A stretch of DNA of 31,853 bases. Source: a virus (lineage: Duplodnaviria > Caudoviricetes). The DNA is taken from the IMG/VR virus record IMGVR_UViG_3300017785_001313, positions 1 through 31,853 of that record. One strand, 5' to 3'. Below are positions 1 through 7,765 of this stretch, piece after piece. The stretch's first letter is position 1; each line of letters starts with the position of its first letter. Made by a program: the position numbers and the translations under genes. The notes beneath the pieces are model-generated. The model was not told the origin of the DNA, did no database searches, and was given only the letters and a program-made list of their open reading frames with translations.

Positions 1-70
1 AATGGTATCATGTTCAAAAATTGGTTTCGGATGTCATGGTCGTGGCAATATTATAACAAGAGTTAGATAA
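1..70 (+). CDS. 3' end of a small hypothetical protein (partial)
   Basis: Frame 2 reads ..MVSCSKIGFGCHGRGNIITRVR* with TAA at 68-70; frame choice uncertain. Confidence 0.35.
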   Translation, partial: MVSCSKIGFGCHGRGNIITRVR

Positions 71-90
71 ACCTTAAGAATTTAATAAAC

Positions 91-312
91 ATGAGAAGTT
101 TAATCTTAATGCTGATATTTACAGCAACATTTATGGGTATGTTTTTCTTAATGTCCTTAATAGGACTATTATGGTATGATAGCTATTATTCTATTGTATC
201 AAACCATTCATGGTTTATGATGTATAGTATATTCTTTGGATGGTGGTTAGCAATGTTTCCTACAAGGGAATACTATATGCATCATGAGAATTATTTTTCT
301 GAATATTTATAA
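91..312 (+). CDS. small membrane protein
   Basis: 73 aa, two hydrophobic segments, A-rich upstream region. Confidence 0.7.
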   Translation: MRSLILMLIFTATFMGMFFLMSLIGLLWYDSYYSIVSNHSWFMMYSIFFGWWLAMFPTREYYMHHENYFSEYL

Positions 313-378
313 ACTAACATTGTGTGTGAAGCCTGGAGATTATATCAAAGGGCTCACATACATATAAAACTTAATCAA

Positions 379-726
379 ATGAGTAGAGCAAATATGAATG
401 CTAAAGAAGAGTTTTTATCTTCTATTAGTACAAGACCGGTAAAATGTGCTGAAGTAGTGTACACAGCATGTAGTTTATGGGCTATGAATGAAGAAGATGG
501 TCCACCACCTAAGAAACTAATTCTTAAGGTAGGATATAATGAAACTGCTTGGGAAGAGTTTCTTAAAGAGCTTGACTTTGAATATGATGCAGGGTATGGT
601 GGTCAAGAATTGTTCGGTACTATATGGTTCAGTGCCAGTGATGAATGGATGGTTAGAAGAGAATATGATGGTTCAGAATGGTGGGAACTATATTGTAAAC
701 CACGAATAACTGATGAATTTTATTAA
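379..726 (+). CDS. conserved phage hypothetical protein (YDAGYGGQELFGTIW / EYDGSEWW motifs)
   Basis: ORF 322-726; start moved to ATG 379 because the GTG extension lies within a hairpin at about 321-362. Confidence 0.7.
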   Translation: MSRANMNAKEEFLSSISTRPVKCAEVVYTACSLWAMNEEDGPPPKKLILKVGYNETAWEEFLKELDFEYDAGYGGQELFGTIWFSASDEWMVRREYDGSEWWELYCKPRITDEFY

Positions 727-730
727 AAAT

Positions 731-950
731 ACAAGGCAGATAGTTACTGCCTAGTGTGCCTTACACGATAGAAACAGAGTGACATCTGTATATGGTTTGC
801 TGATATGACAATGTTATATCCAGGATGGCATCCTGACTGCAGAGGTAAAATGTCTACCTAACTCACCTAGAAAATATAGCAAGAGAGCACTGAGTGTTCT
901 TGTGAGGACAGCCACGGCACCTATAAGTTGGGAAGAACAGGGTGTATCTT
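731..950 (+). ncRNA. candidate structured non-coding RNA 1 (family unknown)
   Basis: ORF-free, GC-richer; stems AGGCAG/CTGCCT (734-752), GATATGAC/GTTATATC (802-820), CAGGAT/ATCCTG (821-835), AGGTA/TACCT, and CTCAC/GTGAG (862-906) enclosing GAGCAC/GTGTTC; strand assumed from context. Confidence 0.55.
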
Positions 951-976
951 TTATTCACACACATTAAAAAATTAAA

Positions 977-1231
977 ATGGAAAATAAACCATCAAAATCA
1001 GGACTATTTGTTTTACTAGCAATGTTGCTAGGTTTGGCTTTTGTTTTTTACTATTTAAATAACAAGAAATCAAACAAAAAGAATCATAGACTACACCAAT
1101 ATGATTACATAATGGAAGTTAATGGAGATAGCATTCCAACTTATAACATCTATGATCAATATCACAATATGATAGCCAAAGAAATATTGGCTTCACAATT
1201 AGACAGTGTAATTATATCTGATAACGAATAA
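977..1231 (+). CDS. membrane-anchored hypothetical protein
   Basis: N-terminal TM helix followed by a basic patch. Confidence 0.7.
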   Translation: MENKPSKSGLFVLLAMLLGLAFVFYYLNNKKSNKKNHRLHQYDYIMEVNGDSIPTYNIYDQYHNMIAKEILASQLDSVIISDNE

Positions 1232-1241
1232 ATTTATACAA

Positions 1242-2354
1242 ATGGAAAATGTAATTCTAACTCCTGTACAACAGGAATACACAGATTTTATGAATCTGCC
1301 AATGGGTGTTTATAAGAACATCCAATATTACAATCAAATTTCTGGAAGAAGTTTCTTTGAATCTAACCTTTGCAAAAAGGAAGGCTGTACGTATTATAGT
1401 CATGTAGTATTTAGAATTAAGAAATCTAAAAATGGTTACTATCGTCAAAATGTAACTAAAAATGGTTTCACTCTTAACGAAAAGGGTAAGTTAAGTATTT
1501 GGTATAATAAAAACATCTTTGAAATACCTGGTATATCTGGTGTATTTGCACATCTTAAAATGAACTGGCTTAGTGAAAAGGTTATGCCTTATGTTACTAA
1601 AACCATAGCAGAAAAAATGATTGCTGGTAAAATAACCAACAATGTAGATATTGTTAAGGCTTATATAAAGGTGATGAGATTACAATGTAGTCCAAGACTT
1701 TTGTTTCATGTAATTAAAACCAATATGTACAATAAGCCACATCTATTACAGATGATGAGTGTTGCTAAAGACCAAGATCATTTTCTACAGAAATGTTTAG
1801 ATGATGTCAACCATAAAGATGAGGATGGGTATAGAGCTGAATTTCATGGTATTAATGATTTAGTTAAGCAAGCACAAATTCTTGGAAGATCTGTAGACTA
1901 CACTTGGTCTATTAATAGAATGAAAGAAGAGCATGCTCAATGGACTAAGGAAATTATGGAGATAGAAATTAAAGATATGCAAGATGTTACAGCAACTTGT
2001 GTTCTTCCATATCTTAAGTTTACATATCCAGGATTTAAACTTTTAACTACCAAGAAAGAAATATTTGCAGAAGGTAAAGAGATGAGACATTGTGTATACA
2101 CTAACTATTGGAGTAGTGTAAACAATGGTCATTATCTTGTATACCAAGTAGATTTCTTTGGTGAAAGGGCTACGCTTGGTCTTAATCTATACGAAGGTAA
2201 ACTAACATATAACCAATGTTATAGAGAAAGTAATAAAGTAGTTAGTGATGGTTTAAGAAACAACATAACCATATTCATAAAAGAATTAAACAATTGGTCT
2301 AAACAAAACAATATTTTTAAACAAGAAAACCTACAATTTAACAATGGCAATTAA
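1242..2354 (+). CDS. PcfJ-like domain protein
   Basis: C-terminal EGKEMRHCV..Y motif followed by RATLGL..Q, typical of PcfJ-like phage proteins. Confidence 0.7.
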   Translation: MENVILTPVQQEYTDFMNLPMGVYKNIQYYNQISGRSFFESNLCKKEGCTYYSHVVFRIKKSKNGYYRQNVTKNGFTLNEKGKLSIWYNKNIFEIPGISGVFAHLKMNWLSEKVMPYVTKTIAEKMIAGKITNNVDIVKAYIKVMRLQCSPRLLFHVIKTNMYNKPHLLQMMSVAKDQDHFLQKCLDDVNHKDEDGYRAEFHGINDLVKQAQILGRSVDYTWSINRMKEEHAQWTKEIMEIEIKDMQDVTATCVLPYLKFTYPGFKLLTTKKEIFAEGKEMRHCVYTNYWSSVNNGHYLVYQVDFFGERATLGLNLYEGKLTYNQCYRESNKVVSDGLRNNITIFIKELNNWSKQNNIFKQENLQFNNGN

Positions 2355-2553
2355 TCTATCAAAAAATGACGTAAAGTCAAAAGATGTACATCCTAATGTA
2401 CAAGTTCTTATTAAGAACAATGAACTATTTCCTCCAGCAGAGGAATTAGATTTAACAACAGGTAATGGTATGTGGACAATCAAAGGCTATAAAATATGGG
2501 CCAAAGATTATTTAACAGCTTGTCAGCATTTAGAAATGATTGAAAAATTTTAA
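2344..2553 (+). CDS. hypothetical protein
   Basis: 69 aa ORF overlapping the upstream stop. Confidence 0.65.
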   Translation: MAINLSKNDVKSKDVHPNVQVLIKNNELFPPAEELDLTTGNGMWTIKGYKIWAKDYLTACQHLEMIEKF

Positions 2554-2573
2554 TTCACACATAAAAAAACAAA

Positions 2574-2837
2574 ATGAAAGAAGTACTAATTACATTAGCA
2601 AGTTTAATGTCAGAAGAAGATGTATTAACACGTCTTAAAGAAGCAATTTCAGAATTTGAAGAAGCAAAGCTTCTTGGTGATGAAGAAAAGATAGATAGGT
2701 ATAAACACCATCTTATGCTTTCTTGTCATCTTGTTACAATGAATCATGTTACTAGAGAAGATGGTACACTTGAAACAATTGAAAGAGTTAAGAAGCTAGA
2801 AGCCAGTATTAACTTGTTTAAAGACAAACAAAACTAA
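2574..2837 (+). CDS. hypothetical protein
   Basis: 87 aa ORF, A-rich leader. Confidence 0.7.
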   Translation: MKEVLITLASLMSEEDVLTRLKEAISEFEEAKLLGDEEKIDRYKHHLMLSCHLVTMNHVTREDGTLETIERVKKLEASINLFKDKQN

Positions 2838-2838
2838 A

Positions 2839-3018
2839 ATGAAACCGATCATGGAATTAATTAAAAAATTAATTTTTGGTACTAGACGTGAGCCAGTGGA
2901 TGTAATATCCACTGGTTTACGTACTATTGAACCAGAAAATCAACCATCATTCGAAGAATGGTGTAAAGAATTCAAAGTAGGCATGCTCCACGATAGAAAA
3001 ACAATTCACATTAATTAA
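2839..3018 (+). CDS. small hypothetical protein (59 aa, not in ORF track)
   Basis: MKPIMELIKKLIFG...PSFEEWCKEFKVG...IHIN*; fills the gap between neighbours. Confidence 0.6.
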   Translation: MKPIMELIKKLIFGTRREPVDVISTGLRTIEPENQPSFEEWCKEFKVGMLHDRKTIHIN

Positions 3019-3036
3019 ACCTTTAAATTCAGTAAA

Positions 3037-3816
3037 ATGAAAAAAACAAAAAAATCAGTGGTTAACAACTTGTATAAAGATGCACTGAAGAACATGAAAT
3101 GGTTATCTACAACAAGTACTATAAAATTTAACTATTTAGCTGGTATTAACAGACCTATTAATCCAGGACAAGTTAGTAAACTAGCAAAGTCATTAGAAAA
3201 AATGGGTTCTTTAAGACCTGTTGTAATCGGAGAAGTTTCTTTTATTACAGGAAAAGTTGACAAGTATATTATAGATGGTCAACATAGTTTCAATGCTCAC
3301 ATGAGATTGGGCTGGGAAATTCCTTATGTTATTATTCAAGTAGATAGTAAACATGATCTTGTAGAAAAGATAGCATTACTTAATGCTAGTTCTAAAACAT
3401 GGACTATGCAAGATTATATCATGGCTTGGTCTAGTTTAAAACCTGATTATGTAAAACTTAATCATTACTTTCAAGTTTATGATTTAGAAATTACAGAGTT
3501 AGCATCTGTATTAATGGGTAATTCAAAAGCAGGAGCAAATGTTACAAAAGCTATTAAGTCTGGAGAATTTACTATTATGAATGAAGAAAAGAATGTAAAC
3601 ATACTAAACCATGTTACAGATATGCTTAAAATTATTCCACGTATGAATAGATTTGAAAATAAATACACAGTAAAAGAATATGTTAAGTTCTTAAGATCTA
3701 CTTCTAAATATGATCATAAAGAATTTTTAGCAAAGCTTCAAAAAAACAAAGAGAAGTTTATTCTTGCTACACAAGAAGAGGGTAAACTATCTGAGTTATT
3801 TGAAAAACTTGCTTAA
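3037..3816 (+). CDS. ParB/Srx-like N-terminal domain protein
   Basis: NRPIN, LRPVVI, YIIDGQH and ALLN..SKTW motifs of phage ParB-like proteins. Confidence 0.7.
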   Translation: MKKTKKSVVNNLYKDALKNMKWLSTTSTIKFNYLAGINRPINPGQVSKLAKSLEKMGSLRPVVIGEVSFITGKVDKYIIDGQHSFNAHMRLGWEIPYVIIQVDSKHDLVEKIALLNASSKTWTMQDYIMAWSSLKPDYVKLNHYFQVYDLEITELASVLMGNSKAGANVTKAIKSGEFTIMNEEKNVNILNHVTDMLKIIPRMNRFENKYTVKEYVKFLRSTSKYDHKEFLAKLQKNKEKFILATQEEGKLSELFEKLA

Positions 3817-3818
3817 GA

Positions 3819-4100
3819 AGGTGAGGCTAACATCTAGTTAGCACCTACATTTGTTTGTAGGATTTAGGGGCACATCCTTGCCCTAACCTAGTGGACTCAG
3901 GATACTGATCAACCAGGGATGTGTGTGTAGACAAGAATCTATACTAATCAGGGATGAAAACATAACCTGTAGTGGTTAGTAACCAAAACCCCCAATGTTG
4001 GGCCGGCCTTTTGGCCATACACTACCTTATGTAGAGTTATTGCAACTGCTACAAAGACTAGTCTACTGACGTCATACAGGGTGGGTTAAGCCCTGTTTTG
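3819..4100 (+). ncRNA. candidate structured non-coding RNA 2 with possible pseudoknot
   Basis: About 10 consecutive stems (GCTAAC/GTTAGC, CCTACA/TGTAGG, TTAGGG.GCA/TGCCCTAA, GTGTAGA/TCTATAC, CCCAA/TTGGG, GGCC/GGCC, GTAGTG/CACTAC); CACATCCTT 3871-3879 complements AGGGATGTG 3915-3923; ends in CAGGG..CCCTG-TTTT. Confidence 0.6.
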
Positions 4101-4122
4101 TTAATCTTTTAATTAAACAAAT

Positions 4123-4632
4123 ATGATAAAAGAAATCTTGAATTTCAAACATGAATCTGACAACATTCCTACAGCGTTAGGATTATCAGAAAGTATTGAC
4201 AATAGATGCAGAGAAATTATACACTTTGCTGCATTTACTAGCTATTTTATTAAGAATGACTTCTTTGATGATGGTAATGAAACTCCAAGTAATTTAACTA
4301 CCATCACAGGTGTATTAGAAAAAGCATTGAACATTTGTAAAACTAAAGAAGAAGAATTGTATACAATATTTGTATTTAGAAATGTTCATGATCATTGTTC
4401 ACAAGCTATTGGTGCTTACAAAACATTTGAAGAAGAAACAGATGTTAAAGAAAGAAAGAAAATGGAGATGTTAATGCATCTTGTAGAACTTAAAGCTCTT
4501 TCCGATGATGATGATGAGAGAGATTCTTTAATTACACCAAAAGATATGTTTAAAAAAATTAAAGTTGCTAAAGAAAACATGTATAATTTTGAGAACTATT
4601 ATAGTGTAATTATCAATGAGCCAAAGAATTAA
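4123..4632 (+). CDS. hypothetical protein
   Basis: 169 aa ORF. Confidence 0.75.
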   Translation: MIKEILNFKHESDNIPTALGLSESIDNRCREIIHFAAFTSYFIKNDFFDDGNETPSNLTTITGVLEKALNICKTKEEELYTIFVFRNVHDHCSQAIGAYKTFEEETDVKERKKMEMLMHLVELKALSDDDDERDSLITPKDMFKKIKVAKENMYNFENYYSVIINEPKN

Positions 4633-4894
4633 ATTAGGGTTTGGACAAGTGAGTAATACAGTGCTTAGAGATCCTGAATATAGTTTAGGTGAAAAAGCAC
4701 TGTATTCTTATCTTTGTACATATGCCCATGCAACTACAGATGAACTATTTGTTAGTGTAAATAGAATAGCAGCAGAACTAGGAATAGGACAGTCTACAGT
4801 GAAGAGACATTTGTTTACATTAGAAAACAAAGGAGTGATTGGTAGAATAAAACGTGGAAATGGTATGAGTAGTATTACAAAGTTATTAAAATAA
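4616..4894 (+). CDS. winged helix-turn-helix DNA-binding protein (HTH_36-like)
   Basis: LGEKALYSYL...SVNRIAAELGIGQSTVKRHLFTLENKGVI pattern. Confidence 0.75.
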   Translation: MSQRIKLGFGQVSNTVLRDPEYSLGEKALYSYLCTYAHATTDELFVSVNRIAAELGIGQSTVKRHLFTLENKGVIGRIKRGNGMSSITKLLK

Positions 4895-5063
4895 TTGTCT
4901 GATCTAGGGAGCCATAGGAGTATAGAAGTGAGATCTAAGCATGTACGGTGAACACAGTAGTATCAACCCGCATGACGTATAGGGCCTGGGAACTGAGAAT
5001 ATGTAAGTAATTATGAGATCAACAGTATCTCTAAATTAGAAACTGTGTCCCTTGGATAGGCAA
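4895..5063 (+). ncRNA. candidate structured non-coding RNA 3
   Basis: Ends pair (TTGTCT.ATCTAGGGA 4895-4910 with TCCC.TTGGAT.AGGCAA 5048-5063); inner CATG..CGG/CCG.CATG stem whose loop ACACAGT (4952-4958) complements ACTGTGT (5042-5048). Confidence 0.55.
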
Positions 5064-5065
5064 AA

Positions 5066-5124
5066 TGTATGATATAACCATCATTAATGACACATTATGC
5101 CCTTAATGTTGGTTATATTGTGCA
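5066..5124. repeat. long imperfect palindrome A
   Basis: TGTATGATATAACCA/TGGTTATATTGTGCA plus CATTAA/TTAATG; spacer contains TGACACAT. Confidence 0.7.
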
Positions 5125-5160
5125 AAAACAGCATTATTGTAGATAATAAACAAAAAATTT

Positions 5161-5457
5161 ATGAATAGTATAGAATGGTTAGCTTCTCAATTGGGAGAAC
5201 ATATTATTTGGGAAGAAAAAATTATAAATTTAGTAGAACAAGCCAAACTCTTACACAAGCAAGAGATTGTAAAAGCATTTGATGATGCTCAAATGTTAGA
5301 TTCACAACTTTTCCAACAAGAAATATCAGATGAAGAAATAGAGAAAGCAGCAAGAGATTATGATAACAGTGTTATTTATGGACCACCATTACTGCATTTT
5401 GAACAAGGTGCATTTTGGTATAGAGAACAAATCAGTTTAAAAGCTGACAAAAAATAA
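5161..5457 (+). CDS. phage hypothetical protein
   Basis: 98 aa; SIEWL..EQAK..HKQEI and ISDEEIEKAA..F.QGA.WYREQ motifs. Confidence 0.7.
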   Translation: MNSIEWLASQLGEHIIWEEKIINLVEQAKLLHKQEIVKAFDDAQMLDSQLFQQEISDEEIEKAARDYDNSVIYGPPLLHFEQGAFWYREQISLKADKK

Positions 5458-5479
5458 AAATTGTAAAGCTATAGACTGA
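5432..5479. repeat. imperfect palindrome B
   Basis: TCAGTTTA..AGCT.ACAA / TTGT..AGCT.TAGACTGA spanning the stop of 5161-5457. Confidence 0.55.
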
Positions 5480-5482
5480 CAA

Positions 5483-5569
5483 ATGAAACAAATAATTATT
5501 GTAATAATCATATGGGAAACAGTTAAATGGTTAGTAAGAAAACTTTGGGATAAAATAGTAAACGAATGA
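5483..5569 (+). CDS. 28 aa hydrophobic micropeptide
   Basis: MKQIIIVIIIWETVKWLVRKLWDKIVNE*, ATGA overlap with the next gene. Confidence 0.55.
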   Translation: MKQIIIVIIIWETVKWLVRKLWDKIVNE

Positions 5570-5826
5570 AACTACAATACAAATTACTAATAGTTTTTGT
5601 TACAGCATTAGCACTAGAACTTAACAGCATAGCTGGGTTTTACTATCTTATGCATAAGAATTGGATAGGTATGTTTCTAATGGCATTTGTTAATCCATTA
5701 CTAACTTTACCAATGAACCATTTTAATATAGAATCTAAAACATTTAAAGATAGATTATACATAGCTTTAGCCTTTGCATTAGGTTTTGGTGTAGGTGTAA
5801 TAACTATTAGACCATTTATAATATAA
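5566..5826 (+). CDS. small multi-TM membrane protein
   Basis: 86 aa, about three hydrophobic segments. Confidence 0.7.
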   Translation: MKLQYKLLIVFVTALALELNSIAGFYYLMHKNWIGMFLMAFVNPLLTLPMNHFNIESKTFKDRLYIALAFALGFGVGVITIRPFII

Positions 5827-5831
5827 AACTT

Positions 5832-5981
5832 ATGATAGAATTTCTACAATGGTTAGAAGATAACCAATGGCACAGATATAAAGATGGTACATGGTACACA
5901 ACACAAGAACGTCCTTATGTTAAAGGATCTTCTAGAAAGTATTACACTAAACAAGAGTTAATAGAAAAATTTAAATCATGA
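5832..5981 (+). CDS. small hypothetical protein (49 aa)
   Basis: MIEFLQWLEDNQW...YTKQELIEKFKS*, ATGA overlap with 5978. Confidence 0.6.
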   Translation: MIEFLQWLEDNQWHRYKDGTWYTTQERPYVKGSSRKYYTKQELIEKFKS

Positions 5982-6175
5982 CAGCAAAGGAAGAAGCACA
6001 AAACTTATATAAAAAATTTATGCATATTCTACCTTTAGAAGTGGATAAAAGAGAAATTCAAGAATGTGCATTGGTTGTAGTAAATGTAATACTATCAAGA
6101 TGTATAGATGAGGAAGAACAGTATAGAGCATATAAATATTGGGAAGAAATAAAACAAGAAATAGAAAAATTATAA
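5978..6175 (+). CDS. phage hypothetical protein
   Basis: MTAKEEA..ECAL..V..I...YWEEIKQEIEKL pattern. Confidence 0.7.
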   Translation: MTAKEEAQNLYKKFMHILPLEVDKREIQECALVVVNVILSRCIDEEEQYRAYKYWEEIKQEIEKL

Positions 6176-6178
6176 ACT

Positions 6179-6376
6179 ATGGCAACAATGATAGACCCAC
6201 CATCAGGATGGAAGTATAGTTTTCCTAAAGAAATACCAAAAGATAGAATGCAAGACTATACCACTTGGCTTGTAGAACAGGGTTATCCACAAGAAGAAAT
6301 AGATGCTTTAGGTAAGTATTTCTACTGCAGATTTTGGGAACAACCAGATCAAAAAAGTCAAGTTTTTGACACATAA
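6179..6376 (+). CDS. phage hypothetical protein
   Basis: IDPPSGWKY.FPK...WLVEQGYP motif. Confidence 0.7.
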   Translation: MATMIDPPSGWKYSFPKEIPKDRMQDYTTWLVEQGYPQEEIDALGKYFYCRFWEQPDQKSQVFDT

Positions 6377-6384
6377 AACTTGAC
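6357..6384. repeat. perfect 10-bp inverted repeat C
   Basis: GTCAAGTTTT-tgacacat-AAAACTTGAC. Confidence 0.8.
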
Positions 6385-6387
6385 AAA

Positions 6388-6441
6388 AATGTGTTATAAA
6401 AAGTACAAAAACTGCAATTTTTATGTCTTATATAACACGTT
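6388..6441. repeat. imperfect palindrome D
   Basis: AATGTGTTATA...TATAACACGTT with partly paired interior. Confidence 0.65.
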
Positions 6442-6458
6442 ACTATTAAATAAAGTTT

Positions 6459-6466
6459 TATATTTG
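6459..6466 (+). promoter_or_regulatory. Bacteroidota-type -7 promoter element
   Basis: TATATTTG matches TAnnTTTG; intergenic, 4 nt before the tRNA-like gene. Confidence 0.6.
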
Positions 6467-6470
6467 CTTT

Positions 6471-6544
6471 AGTTAAGTAGCTCCAACATTTAGAGCCCCA
6501 TCATTGTAGGTGGGAGGTTATGGGTGAAAATCCCATCTTGACTA
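6471..6544 (+). tRNA. atypical tRNA or tRNA-like RNA, nominal anticodon TGT (Thr)
   Basis: Acceptor AGTTAAG/CTTGACT, D-stem GCTC/GAGC, T-stem ATGGG/CCCAT with loop TGAAAAT, canonical spacing; the anticodon stem pairs fully only in a shifted register; no encoded CCA. Confidence 0.65.
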
Positions 6545-6561
6545 ATTTTAAACTTTATGTT

Positions 6562-6870
6562 ATGGTAGAATGTATCTGTATTAATGACAAGAACAGACCT
6601 AAAGAAATTCCTGCTAACAAATGGGTCAAACAAGGTGAGCCTTACACAGTGATTTACACTGTCACTGTATTACCACAGAAGCAATTAGCATTTCATTTAG
6701 CAGAAATAGACTTAGACGAGTCTAATCTTCCCTATGAATACTTCTTGGCAAACAGATTTGCATTTACAGAAGAGAATTTATTAAAACTAATAGAACTTAT
6801 TAAAGACTGCAATGATACAGACTTTAGTATGGACGAATTGTTAAAACAAACAGAATTAGAACAAGCTTAA
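6562..6870 (+). CDS. phage hypothetical protein
   Basis: ORF 6520-6870; start moved to ATG 6562 (MVECICIND..) because 6520 lies in the tRNA T-arm. Confidence 0.75.
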   Translation: MVECICINDKNRPKEIPANKWVKQGEPYTVIYTVTVLPQKQLAFHLAEIDLDESNLPYEYFLANRFAFTEENLLKLIELIKDCNDTDFSMDELLKQTELEQA

Positions 6871-6890
6871 TCATTTAAAACCAAATTAAA

Positions 6891-7223
6891 ATGAAAATTT
6901 ACAGAGTAATGAACACCTTTCCAGGTGAAGAAAACGGAAGACATGAATATGATATTCGTGTACAAGAAACTAACAGAGGTACCAAGTATTCTCTTGTTAG
7001 ATCTCAAGCAGGCCATTGGTCAGATTGTGTTAAAGGACATACAGTGTGTGCTGTAATAGATGATGGTGATGGATTCAAATTATCTAAGCATGTAACCAGA
7101 TATATGGATTATGCTATAATGGCTGAGATATTTATTCTAATGTCATTTATTAACAAAGAAACTTTTCCAAATTCTTTGTTCATGGGAACTATTGAAGAAA
7201 TAAACTTAATAACTGAAATATGA
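6891..7223 (+). CDS. hypothetical protein
   Basis: 110 aa ORF. Confidence 0.7.
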   Translation: MKIYRVMNTFPGEENGRHEYDIRVQETNRGTKYSLVRSQAGHWSDCVKGHTVCAVIDDGDGFKLSKHVTRYMDYAIMAEIFILMSFINKETFPNSLFMGTIEEINLITEI

Positions 7224-7765
7224 TGGACGAAAAAGTAATGGAAACATACATAGATCATATAAAAAAGTATGTTTCTCAAACAGGTGGGTTATTTCCTCAC
7301 GTAACAGTGTTTGCTAACAGTATAGAAAAAGAAGAAGAAAAAGAAACTAATCTATCTATTATACACATACCTGTACCAGATGAATTTATGTCTGATAGTG
7401 GTAAAGATACATTTGTAGATGAAGTGATGCCAGAAGTGTACAAAGAAATTAAAAAGAAGTTTGTTCCTTTTGGTATAGCATGGGCTTCAGAAGCTTGGCT
7501 TAGAGAAGCTGATCCTAATTTTGATGTAACTAAAGAAAATTGGAAAAAACTTCCTATAAGAAAAGAAGTTGTGTTTATAACTATAGAAGATGAAAACTTA
7601 TGTAAGACACAAGTGTATGAACTTAAAAGAGTTGGTAAACAAGTGAGTGGAGATGGTGATTTAGTTGACAAAGTAGAATTAGAAATACTTCAAGATTTAG
7701 TAAACCCCATAAAAACAGAGGGGAGATTTTCAGGACTTTATAAAAAATTAAATAAAGATGTTTAA
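7220..7765 (+). CDS. hypothetical protein
   Basis: 181 aa, ATGA-coupled, SEAW motif. Confidence 0.75.
   Translation: MMDEKVMETYIDHIKKYVSQTGGLFPHVTVFANSIEKEEEKETNLSIIHIPVPDEFMSDSGKDTFVDEVMPEVYKEIKKKFVPFGIAWASEAWLREADPNFDVTKENWKKLPIRKEVVFITIEDENLCKTQVYELKRVGKQVSGDGDLVDKVELEILQDLVNPIKTEGRFSGLYKKLNKDV

Noticed and set aside
322-378. GTG-start extension of the 379-726 gene
   Set aside because: Coincides with a long hairpin (about 321-362); ATG 379 has the usual A-rich context
731-5063. Assigning the structured tracts to tmRNA, RNase P, group I intron, hammerhead or known riboswitches
   Set aside because: I could not find their signature motifs (tag ORF with tRNA-like ends, GAGGAAAGUCC, P7 consensus, CUGAUGA..GAAA), and the flanking genes are not split
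6283-6291. Perfect DnaA box TTATCCACA (and a one-mismatch copy near 6040)
   Set aside because: Lies inside coding sequence, is not clustered, and an isolated match is unsurprising by chance in 32 kb of AT-rich DNA
5066-6441. CRISPR array or mini-array
   Set aside because: The palindromes are not identical direct repeats with regular spacers, and no cas genes are present
6520-6561. N-terminal extension of ORF 6520-6870
   Set aside because: Overlaps the tRNA-like T-arm and acceptor stem; ATG 6562 is the better start
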